From: a virus
Length of the DNA: 64,000 bases
Strand: one strand, 5' to 3'
Virus record (IMG/VR): IMGVR_UViG_3300017987_000013
Location: 8,340 to 72,339 of that record
Part shown: in pieces, positions 55,990-64,000 of the stretch
Position numbering within the stretch: position 1 is the first letter of the stretch
Layout: every line of letters begins with the position of its first letter
Translations under genes and position numbers: made by a program
The notes under the pieces: model-generated
The model's database searches: none
Told to the model about the DNA's origin: nothing
The model's input: only the letters and a program-made list of their open reading frames with translations

Positions 55990-58900
55990 TCATTTCAAAT
56001 ATTTCCTCATATATGCGCCAATGTCAGGCAACTGAAGCCACCAGTTTAGGTTCACTCCCTCTGGACTTAACGTCCATGCCCCCTTACTCTCATCGACACT
56101 CAATACCATCCCGTCCCCGCGACATTCGCATCCGTTTGCCACACTGACTATCATCGCGGATGGGTCTGCGTTTAGGATCCGCTCTGCGATCTGCTTACAG
56201 ATATCCGGTCGGGAGACGGCATCACAGGACTGGAGTAGGTTCTGGACTGCGGTTTCTCTCACCAGCGGCTCGCGGCGGTTCATGGTCACTTTTCACCCCT
56301 CAGAATCCTCGCGAAAAACCGCTTGATCCTGTACCACCATACCTCATACCAGCGCAGGTTTCGCACCGTTAGTGTGGTAGCGTTGGAGACTTCGGTTATT
56401 CGCATAAAAGCGGTTCTGCCGTCGTTTGTTTTGAATTCGACGATATCACCAGGCAACAGGCAGTGGCTCGATGATATGGTTATCGTGGTATTCTCACTCA
56501 TATCAGCAGCGTCCCAAGCAATTTCCCGATGCCGTAACAGATAAACCCCAACGCGACGATACCAATGCCGATCGCTATAGGGGCCCACCATGCATAATAT
56601 TTGCTTTGGCTCATATCAGAATCCCGATCTTGTGATCAGTCTGTCCAGGAACAGCGAACATCTCGACACCGCGTATTTTGTGGCCTGAAAGCGTTGCCCC
56701 AACCAGCGCCTCGCTGACCTGATCACCTGTGTACTCGCCATCCTTGAGTTGTACAGTCAGCATGATACCGTCAGCGCGTTCTCTGAGGGCCATCGGCCAC
56801 CAGCCCAACGCATCGAACTTGATGCCATTGATCTCGATGTCTTTGTCTGCGAAGCCGGTCATATCAACTGACCTCCGACAAAACCAAGTGCGAATGACAG
56901 GAGGCACAAAACGACCACGTCGTACTTTGGATTGGTCGTGACGCGACCGTAGATGGTTGAAGGTGTGGACACGCCCTCTTTTTCGAGACGGCGTTCAGTC
57001 GCATTTATATCACGGATCGCCTGGATAGGCCCACAACCCCAATGCTCCTTGTACCAACGCCGATCCCAGATAATACCGATCATTGAGCGTATTCTCATTC
57101 ATCAACCCCGGATCGCGGTCAACAGCATGTGTGCGAGGTAGCCTATCACAAACCCACCAATCGAGCCGACCACAAGGCCCTGGAGACCCTGAGAGACCTG
57201 TGGTGGGTCCTCGTTGCGTTCCATATCGCCCCAATTGTACGGTGGCATTAATCCCCCTTGTGTTTGACGTTCGCGTTCAGCGCCCGAGCGTGAGCCCTAG
57301 CTTTCTGTTCGTTCGGGTGTTTCTTCAGGAGTTGCCACTTCCCCTTCTTCTTCACATACACTCTCGCGCCGACGTGTTTGTAAGGCACTCTCATCTCCTT
57401 TCCAGCCCGCAGGCCGCGTTCTGGTTTCACCCCAGTCGATGAACACGTAGTTCCGCTCGTACGATCCCGGTTTTACGGCTGGCCGGCGAACGCTACCCTT
57501 GCTCATTTCTGCTTCACCACCCGGCCAGTTGCCGCGTGAACCCGCCCAGGCGTGTCCGCGCTGTCAGTGGCCTTGAAATGTGCGCCCTCGACCGCAGGAC
57601 ACTGGAACTCGATCATGCAGTAGTTCGCGGCATCCATCAAGAACTCTTTGTTGCCAGTCCTAACGTACTTGTTGATGCACGCACCCACCGTCTCCCATGC
57701 CACGTATTCGTGTGGGTACGAGTCCTTCAACTCGCCGTACTTAAAGTGGCTGAGGTGCATCCGCGACTTCATGCCGTCAATGAACTCTTCTGATATGCCG
57801 TGGTTGCTCATGGAATCTCCCGTTCTGTGAGGTAATATGCGACCTCAGGGGTTTCCAACAACAGCTTCTCGTCGAACCGTCGACCCCAGCGCGCGAACCA
57901 GAATACCGGAATCACTTCACCACGCTCCACAGCGGCACGCACCTCTTCAGGGTTGCTGTAAGCCTTCGTGTAGAAGGCTTCACCATTGTTCAAAGCGATA
58001 ATGACCGCGCTCATGTGTTGCCGACACTCGACGGCCAGCCGGAACGCAAGGCCGCCAGCTTGGCCTCGTAATGCGCCTCAAGCAACGCCACACGCCGTTC
58101 CTCCAACTGTTCCGCAACCCACTTCGTAATCGCCGCGTTGTCGGCCTTTCGTCCGTTCCCGATCGCCGCCTTCTCTTCGTCCGTGAACTCAAGCGCCACG
58201 CGCACAACGTTGGGCCTGCGGGTCCGCTTCTTCTCTTCAGTCATGAAACACCCTCTCTATGTTTTGTGTTTACGGCCAGCGTTCGCCGATTTCCTGCTCC
58301 ACTTCCGTTAGCCGCTCGCGCAGAATCTTGTATTTGCGCATGTAGCGACCCAGTTTGCGTCTGAGCGCATCCGCATAGCTGCGTAGTTCGTCGGCCTCAA
58401 TCGCTTTCACGTCGCTGCGGGCATGTGTAGCCAGTAGGTCTTCCGCCATCAACCCTCCTTCGGAACATCTATGCGGAGGGTGACGGCGTCGGTCTCAGTT
58501 AGAGCATCCTCAGCTTCATGTAGCAGTTCGTTCTTTTTTTTTGTTTGTTCTTTCATATCCCTCTAGCCTCTCTTGCCAATCAGGCGTATATAGTTCGAAT
58601 GGTCGAGTTATCGTCGGCCCATCTTCACCCTCCCATGGTCGTAGCCTTAGCGTTGCCGTCTGTTGATAAAAGTCTACTTTTACTATCTTCCCCAAGGGCC
58701 GGCCCTTTATATCCTCAATCCATCTGCAGTACATCTCGTTAGGGTCGGCAAAATTGCATACGATTTTTTCACGTTTTGCGAGAGACTGGCCCACCGCACC
58801 CGTCAACTTGCCGACGTCCGTACATAATGATCTGAGTTCGTAGTTGGGGTGCCACCAAGCAGTGCAATAACGACCGTTCCAGTCCACGTAGTCGACATAA

Positions 58901-59037
58901 CACCCATCGGAAAAACAACCCGAGATCACACCCCAACAACCGAATCGGTTGTGCTCTTGTAGACGATAAAAACCTCTATCCACAACCATCACTACATCGC
59001 CAATCTGAAACCTCTGGCTAGGCTGGGCCGCTTTCAT
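55990..59037 (-). other. run of small phage hypothetical ORFs (55990-56289, 56286-56591, 56611-56907, 56859-57098, 57248-57430, 57503-57811, 57808-58014, 58011-58244, 58270-58452, 58516-59037)
   Basis: Co-directional ORFs, several ATGA-coupled. Confidence 0.55.
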
Positions 59038-59040
59038 GTT

Positions 59041-59754
59041 TCATCCCTCCACCACATTCGCGAGCGCGATGAGCAGCTCTTCGGGCCCGCGTACCGTCAG
59101 CCCGTTGCTCTCAGCGTCGATTCTGTACCTGATTGGCTGTTTCATGAACTCGCCGTCAGGAACGCGATCATGGACCTCTGGCGCGATGTCGTCTACGTCG
59201 ACCTCATCGTCCAGTCCGCTTTCCGGCTCTTGCTGGGCCTTCTCTGCAGAGACCTCCGGAGGGCTTTTTGGATCGAGCGCCAGCCGGTCAACCTTTTCGG
59301 ACTGCCGGATCGCGTCTTTCAGTTCCCGAGTACCCCATGACTCGTCGATCGCACGCTCAAGCCACTCTTTCTGCGTCTTCGTATCGAATTTCGACACGAG
59401 CTGGCAGTGCGTCCACGTCAATTTTGTGTGCGCACATAAAATTCGGTTCTCGGGCGGGACCCTGGCTTCGACACTCGCGTACTGCGAGAGCCGCTCGTAC
59501 GACTTTCCGGTCAAATCGATGAGCTGGCTGTACGTCTCGCCCCATTTGGCCTCGGTCGTGTTCAGAATCCCGCCAATCCACCAAGGGAGTTGGTCCTCAA
59601 GCTCCATAAGGGCGTCCCAGAACCCCTGAGTGGTATCCCAATCGAGGTCCGCCGATGGCACAAATTGGTATGGTTGGAACGCTTCGTGTGGAACTACTGC
59701 GGTTGATGTCACTGGATCGCCTCCATCATTCACCTTCCTTTTCTCGTTCTCCAC
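59041..59754 (-). CDS. LmbU-like DNA-binding protein
   Basis: WWIGG...KWGETY...TGKSYERLSQYASV...LTWTH...WLERA...WGTRELK resembles the LmbU family (from recall). Confidence 0.6.
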   Translation of the reverse strand: MENEKRKVNDGGDPVTSTAVVPHEAFQPYQFVPSADLDWDTTQGFWDALMELEDQLPWWIGGILNTTEAKWGETYSQLIDLTGKSYERLSQYASVEARVPPENRILCAHTKLTWTHCQLVSKFDTKTQKEWLERAIDESWGTRELKDAIRQSEKVDRLALDPKSPPEVSAEKAQQEPESGLDDEVDVDDIAPEVHDRVPDGEFMKQPIRYRIDAESNGLTVRGPEELLIALANVVEG

Positions 59755-59786
59755 ATTACTGTGGATTGTGTGGATAAATCGTCACC

Positions 59787-60089
59787 TTAGTGCCGAATCC
59801 TCCCGCCGAACGGCAAGTCGGCTATGCTCATGACCTCCACAGTCGACGGCCTGTCGCGCGCCGTCCCCGCACTCTGCGGCTCCGCAAGCTCAAACGCCGA
59901 GCCAATCAAAACCGCCCATCTAATCCCTCGTTCCGGCCGCTCCGTTATTCCTCGAGCGTCGAGCTCCTGCTCAACAATCCGCTCCGCGGTCGGTTCCGGA
60001 CACCGCCAAGGCTCCTGCCCGGCCTGGCGCCACGCAGCGTGTATGCAGTACGATTGCGCCGCCAAAGAAATCAGTTCAGTGTCAGTCAC
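59787..60089 (-). CDS. hypothetical protein
   Basis: GTGA-coupled ORF. Confidence 0.45.
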   Translation of the reverse strand: MTDTELISLAAQSYCIHAAWRQAGQEPWRCPEPTAERIVEQELDARGITERPERGIRWAVLIGSAFELAEPQSAGTARDRPSTVEVMSIADLPFGGRIRH

Positions 60090-60433
60090 GAAAACTCCCC
60101 CGACGAGAACCCACAGCCGTCGGCGTCAACCCAACAGCGATCTGGGTATTCCAGTGCATGATTGCGGCGCGCGTTGCGCTGGGCATCAACCATCTCACGG
60201 AATTCCTCGAGCGTCACTGAATGACCGTACTCATCGGCGATCGAAACACCGTCACGGGCCAAAAACTCGTACCAATCGGCACACGATCGCAATTCGACAC
60301 CATCCATCACACCAGAAATGCCGTGCCAACCAAAAGTCCAACCACCGGACTGTTTGCCAATGTGGATCCTTTCATCACCCCTTCCACAATGCGGGCAGGT
60401 GTCTGTGTATGCGTAGTAGTTGGTGCCCATCAC
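60086..60433 (-). CDS. conserved-looking phage hypothetical protein
   Basis: MGTNYY..CPHC..HIGKQSGGWTF...IADEYG. Confidence 0.6.
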   Translation of the reverse strand: MMGTNYYAYTDTCPHCGRGDERIHIGKQSGGWTFGWHGISGVMDGVELRSCADWYEFLARDGVSIADEYGHSVTLEEFREMVDAQRNARRNHALEYPDRCWVDADGCGFSSGEFS

Positions 60434-60732
60434 AATCCTTCCTCCAACCGCCGTATCTCCAGCTCCGCACGGTCAGCAACACTAGAAACCCGGTACAGCA
60501 GTTCTCGGAGCCCGTTCAGAATCGAATGTGGGGCCACAGTACCCTGCTGCGGCGTTTGCTCTGCCTTCGGATCCGCCCCGTACAACTTGTCGTTACACTG
60601 CTCCAATACCGTCACAGCCTGCTCAAAACGCGTCACTGTTAGGCCGATCTGCTCCACAACCGTGTCAAATCCGGCCGATACCTCCGGCGTAGCTACCTCA
60701 ACAGCGGGTACTTTATTCGGCGTAAAAGTCAC
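60430..60732 (-). CDS. helical hypothetical protein
   Basis: GGAGGAG RBS; coupled. Confidence 0.5.
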   Translation of the reverse strand: MTFTPNKVPAVEVATPEVSAGFDTVVEQIGLTVTRFEQAVTVLEQCNDKLYGADPKAEQTPQQGTVAPHSILNGLRELLYRVSSVADRAELEIRRLEEGL

Positions 60733-60759
60733 AACTCCTCCTGTATGTGGAAAACTTTT

Positions 60760-60954
60760 CTACGCTACCTTCCGATCCAATAATTCCGCCAACATCCGGC
60801 GCCACACACACTCACCACCGCGTTCATGCGTCACCCTACCACCTCCCTCCCATCGTACCCACGTACGCCGATCGACACCCAGTAGCTCCGCCGCCTGTGC
60901 CTGCGTCAAAACCAGCTCACGACGCCACGCCAGCACCAACACATCATCAGTCAC
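60760..60954 (-). CDS. XRE/Cro-like HTH protein
   Basis: LTQAQAAELLGVDRRTWVRWEGG. Confidence 0.8.
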   Translation of the reverse strand: MTDDVLVLAWRRELVLTQAQAAELLGVDRRTWVRWEGGGRVTHERGGECVWRRMLAELLDRKVA

Positions 60955-61172
60955 TCGTACTCACTCCGACTATGTGACCGTACCGGCCAGTAAAACAAGA
61001 ACCGACGTAGCCGCGCCCAGATCGAAGGCTTTCTGATCCCGTCGATAATCGATTGCTTCTCCGTCAGTGGGTCCACGAACCGATCCCCCGTCAACGTGAC
61101 CACGATGTTCCCGTTAGCCGTCATCCTACCCTACTTTCCAAAAAAAGAGGTACGAGCCGCTGCCAATGTCAC

Positions 61173-61201
61173 ATTCTACCCCCGTTTCACACCAAAATCA
61201 A
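61173..61201 (-). promoter_or_regulatory. sigma70-like promoter
   Basis: TTGATT-N17-TAGAAT in an intergenic gap. Confidence 0.5.
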
Positions 61202-61234
61202 CCCCCAGATGTGCCACAAACCACGTCCTCTGTC

Positions 61235-61783
61235 TCATTTATCACCACGCCCTGCCGAACGCAACCACTCATCCCGACGATCGCACCACTCATCATCCAC
61301 ACCCTCTCGAGACGCTAGCAACAACGCCTCTGCTGCGCCCACCTGCTCCCGTAACTGCTTGTTTTCCTCCCCATAAGACAAACCCCACCCCTTGCCACCA
61401 AACGGCCGCACACCGCCAATACGGCGCGATTCCACTACCTCCCGTATCCGCGATACCACACCCTCTACATCAGAAAACACGTCATCATTCCAAAACCGCA
61501 ACGTCAAAATACCCAGTGCCGCCAAAACCCCATCACGATGACGATCATACAACACAACAGACTCGTCCTGTACGTGATGGCGCCCATCAACCTCTACCAC
61601 CAACCGAACCTGCGGAGCATAAAAATCGACGATATACCCACGAAGAATACGCTGACGACCAAAACGCAAACCAAGACGCTTGCAACGCAAATACTCCCAC
61701 AACTCCCTCTCGGCCGGCGTAGGGTTCTTCCGCATACGGCGCGCGTACTCAAACTTCTCTGGCTTCACCCTGTCCCTAAGCAT
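61235..61783 (-). CDS. DUF559 (Vsr-like) endonuclease
   Basis: ARRMRKNPTPAERELW, YIVDFY, VEVDGRHH, LRFWNDDV. Confidence 0.88.
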   Translation of the reverse strand: MLRDRVKPEKFEYARRMRKNPTPAERELWEYLRCKRLGLRFGRQRILRGYIVDFYAPQVRLVVEVDGRHHVQDESVVLYDRHRDGVLAALGILTLRFWNDDVFSDVEGVVSRIREVVESRRIGGVRPFGGKGWGLSYGEENKQLREQVGAAEALLLASREGVDDEWCDRRDEWLRSAGRGDK

Positions 61784-61805
61784 CCCTCACTCCTCTATCT
61801 TACAT

Positions 61806-63536
61806 TCAAGCAGATGGCTCCGATAAGGCCAAAACACCCTGAGAAAGCCGACGAACGGCGATTTCACACGACTCTTCGTCGTTGTCGATACCAATCACCG
61901 GAAAATTGAGTTTCTGAGCCGCCAGTAAAGTCGAGCCCGAACCCATGAACGGATCCAGTACCAGACCACCAGGAGGCGTCACGAGCCTAATTAGCCACGA
62001 CATCAGGGCGAGTGGCTTGACTGTGGGATGTGTATTCCCCCCACCACGCTCGGAACGAGACGCCTTCGCGCAGTAGAAGAAACGAGAGGCGCCGGCTGGC
62101 ACGTCATGGGCCGTAAAAGCGCGAGCTCCTTTACCTTCACCGTATACGGGACCGCTCATACCGTTCGATCGTGGCTCAGTGCCCCGTAATGGCGCCATCT
62201 GCCCGGCAACTGGAGCCTGTTCATCCAACATCGCCGCCGACTCTTCGTCTAGTACCACGTTCGCGGGCCAGCGACCGGTCGAAGGCATCTTGTATCCTTC
62301 TTCTGATGCACCGACAAAAGAGTTGCTACCCGACGGACGACCATAGTTATGATGAGGCTCTAGTCCCTTAATCCTGCACGCATCAACGTTCAACGCCCCC
62401 GTACCGTGTTCCTGTACATTCGACGCCACCGTGCCCCTAAACGGCTTCCGGGCCAACACAATCGGCGTGTAGTTAGGAACGAACTCCGACGAGGTAACAG
62501 GCTCTTGAACAGTACGTGCGAGGATGAGCTTCAGTTTGGCGGCGACGGCGGAGAAAGTAACACCCACAAGTAAGGCATTTGACTCGGTGCCAGGTTGACC
62601 AGTCGCGGCCTCGATGATGGTGGCTGGCGTGATCGGCGATGGTGAACAATTCAAGGTTCTCAAGTCGGTTGTCAGCCCTATCGCCGTTTCTGTGGTGAAC
62701 GTTTTCTCGTGTTTCAAGAGGTCGCCCAAGATGACGAGCCATGACAACGCGATGTTCAAGCTCAAAGGTATCACCGACCCGGACGGCAACGTATCCATCA
62801 GAGCGGACAAAGCGCCCGGTGTACTGCACTTTTCTACGGCAGTCCACAGAACAGAACCGCACGCCTCGCCTGACTCGTTTTGGCTTAACGTCGAAAGCAG
62901 CCCCGCAGTTTTCGCATATGATGGTAATTGGCATATCGCCTCCATTAAGTTATGAACCAATATGCCACATTCGCCACATAAATCATAGGGTTTCTGAGCT
63001 AAGGTGATGATTTCGTGTGCAGGCTTCAGTGCCGTACCCCAGCCGTCCCATTGCTTCGCAGCAGTACTCGTCGCCAATGTCAAACGCCCCGCACCGTCAC
63101 CCCGAACCTCCATTGAACCAAATCGTTCACGATCACGTTTTGAATCACGCCAGTTTGGCGACATTCCTAAATCTTCCCGTTCCACACCCGCCGCCTTATC
63201 AATCGCTTTCGACACATCCAACGATTTCGGGAACCCCGACCCGTACAACCACACCAAACAGTCTCGTATCTCCCAACCCGCATCCTCGATCGCACACATC
63301 AACCGATGGTGAGTCCGAGTACCGCCAAACGCGACCATGTGGGCGCCGGGCACGCAACTCGCCCCGATATGCCCCCAAAACTCCGTTCCGGGCACGCCCT
63401 TGTCCCACCCCTTGCCCATAAACTTGAGCCCGTACGGCGGATCCGTGACCACAGCAGACACCCCAGAAACCGACACATCCCGACAGTCCCCGTGATAAAT
63501 CACGATCCCCGTTCCCTCGTAGTATGGCTTCAACAC
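61806..63536 (-). CDS. N6-adenine/N4-cytosine DNA methyltransferase (beta class) with in-frame insertion
   Basis: [35 protein letters not shown]; ~182-codon insert. Confidence 0.9.
   Translation of the reverse strand: MLKPYYEGTGIVIYHGDCRDVSVSGVSAVVTDPPYGLKFMGKGWDKGVPGTEFWGHIGASCVPGAHMVAFGGTRTHHRLMCAIEDAGWEIRDCLVWLYGSGFPKSLDVSKAIDKAAGVEREDLGMSPNWRDSKRDRERFGSMEVRGDGAGRLTLATSTAAKQWDGWGTALKPAHEIITLAQKPYDLCGECGILVHNLMEAICQLPSYAKTAGLLSTLSQNESGEACGSVLWTAVEKCSTPGALSALMDTLPSGSVIPLSLNIALSWLVILGDLLKHEKTFTTETAIGLTTDLRTLNCSPSPITPATIIEAATGQPGTESNALLVGVTFSAVAAKLKLILARTVQEPVTSSEFVPNYTPIVLARKPFRGTVASNVQEHGTGALNVDACRIKGLEPHHNYGRPSGSNSFVGASEEGYKMPSTGRWPANVVLDEESAAMLDEQAPVAGQMAPLRGTEPRSNGMSGPVYGEGKGARAFTAHDVPAGASRFFYCAKASRSERGGGNTHPTVKPLALMSWLIRLVTPPGGLVLDPFMGSGSTLLAAQKLNFPVIGIDNDEESCEIAVRRLSQGVLALSEPSA
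62473..62934 (-). CDS. HNH homing endonuclease nested in an alternative frame of the MTase gene
   Basis: GGAGG RBS; CENC..FCSVDC Zn finger; EHRVVM...[16 protein letters not shown]; second Zn finger. Confidence 0.88.
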   Translation of the reverse strand: MPITIICENCGAAFDVKPKRVRRGVRFCSVDCRRKVQYTGRFVRSDGYVAVRVGDTFELEHRVVMARHLGRPLETRENVHHRNGDRADNRLENLELFTIADHASHHHRGRDWSTWHRVKCLTCGCYFLRRRRQTEAHPRTYCSRACYLVGVRS

Positions 63537-63715
63537 TCCCTCACCAACTCCTCCAATATCTCCATCCAACGCCGACGCGGAGGTACTGTCCTACCTCGCT
63601 CCCAACGCCATATCGTCGTACGCGTCACTCCACAACGCACTGCCGCCTCTGATACCGTATATCCCTTCACGCGACGCCACTCACGCACAATTCCTGCCTT
63701 CTCAACCCGATCCAC
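63530..63715 (-). CDS. XRE/Cro-like HTH protein
   Basis: YTVSEAAVRCGVTRTTIWRWERG. Confidence 0.8.
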   Translation of the reverse strand: MDRVEKAGIVREWRRVKGYTVSEAAVRCGVTRTTIWRWERGRTVPPRRRWMEILEELVREC

Positions 63716-64000
63716 TCAAATCGCCTCACTCCCGATATGTTGCATATCCTCGCGGCAAATTCATCCTCAACGCCTAATCTTACACCACGGTCCCCTAAAT
63801 GCAACACCTGGGTTTCCTCACCACCCCCAACCCTAATTTTCTACCAAAAAAAATGCAGAAAAAATCCAGGAGAATGAACGGAGAGGGTCATATTTTGGGG
63901 TGCGGGAGAGGCTCGGTCGCCTGGGGCGGTTGCCGGTTGGTCAGGTGATCGTGTGGTTGGTCCGTCGTCGTCGGCTGTCGTCGATCCTCGATTGCTACAC

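Noticed and set aside
1-64000. Genome-wide stop-codon reassignment
   Set aside because: Long genes are intact in code 11, and TGA, TAG and TAA all terminate well-supported genes

Overview
Most of a tailed (probably podovirus-like) phage genome; nearly all genes lie on the - strand, apart from a short + strand block at 19-935. In transcription order (right to left): an HTH, DNA methyltransferase and small-ORF region; terminase large subunit; two tandem sulfotransferase-like genes; a 7-gene tRNA array containing an HNH gene; a probably acquired IS1-remnant + C5-MTase/HNH/Vsr island; portal, scaffold and capsid; paired beta-helix proteins; adaptor; holin, CHAP endolysin and a spanin-like gene; fibre and tail genes; putative ejection proteins ending in a 1906-aa protein; then an RHH-led recombination/replication operon (YqaJ, annealing protein, Rad50-like ATPase, tRNA-Asp, initiator with iterons, primase-helicase, RuvC). 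I recognised no integrase, DNA polymerase, CRISPR array or reverse transcriptase. Highlights: (1) an HNH element inserted in the adenine/N4C methyltransferase gene that leaves the host frame open (dual coding, with a duplicated target peptide); (2) a DnaJ-type J-domain (HPD) inside the giant putative ejection protein; (3) non-canonical tRNAs, including an 8/4-fold tRNA-Ser and a UCA/CAA-ambiguous tRNA; (4) tandem sulfotransferases coupled to terL. All product calls come from motifs recognised by eye, with no database searches.
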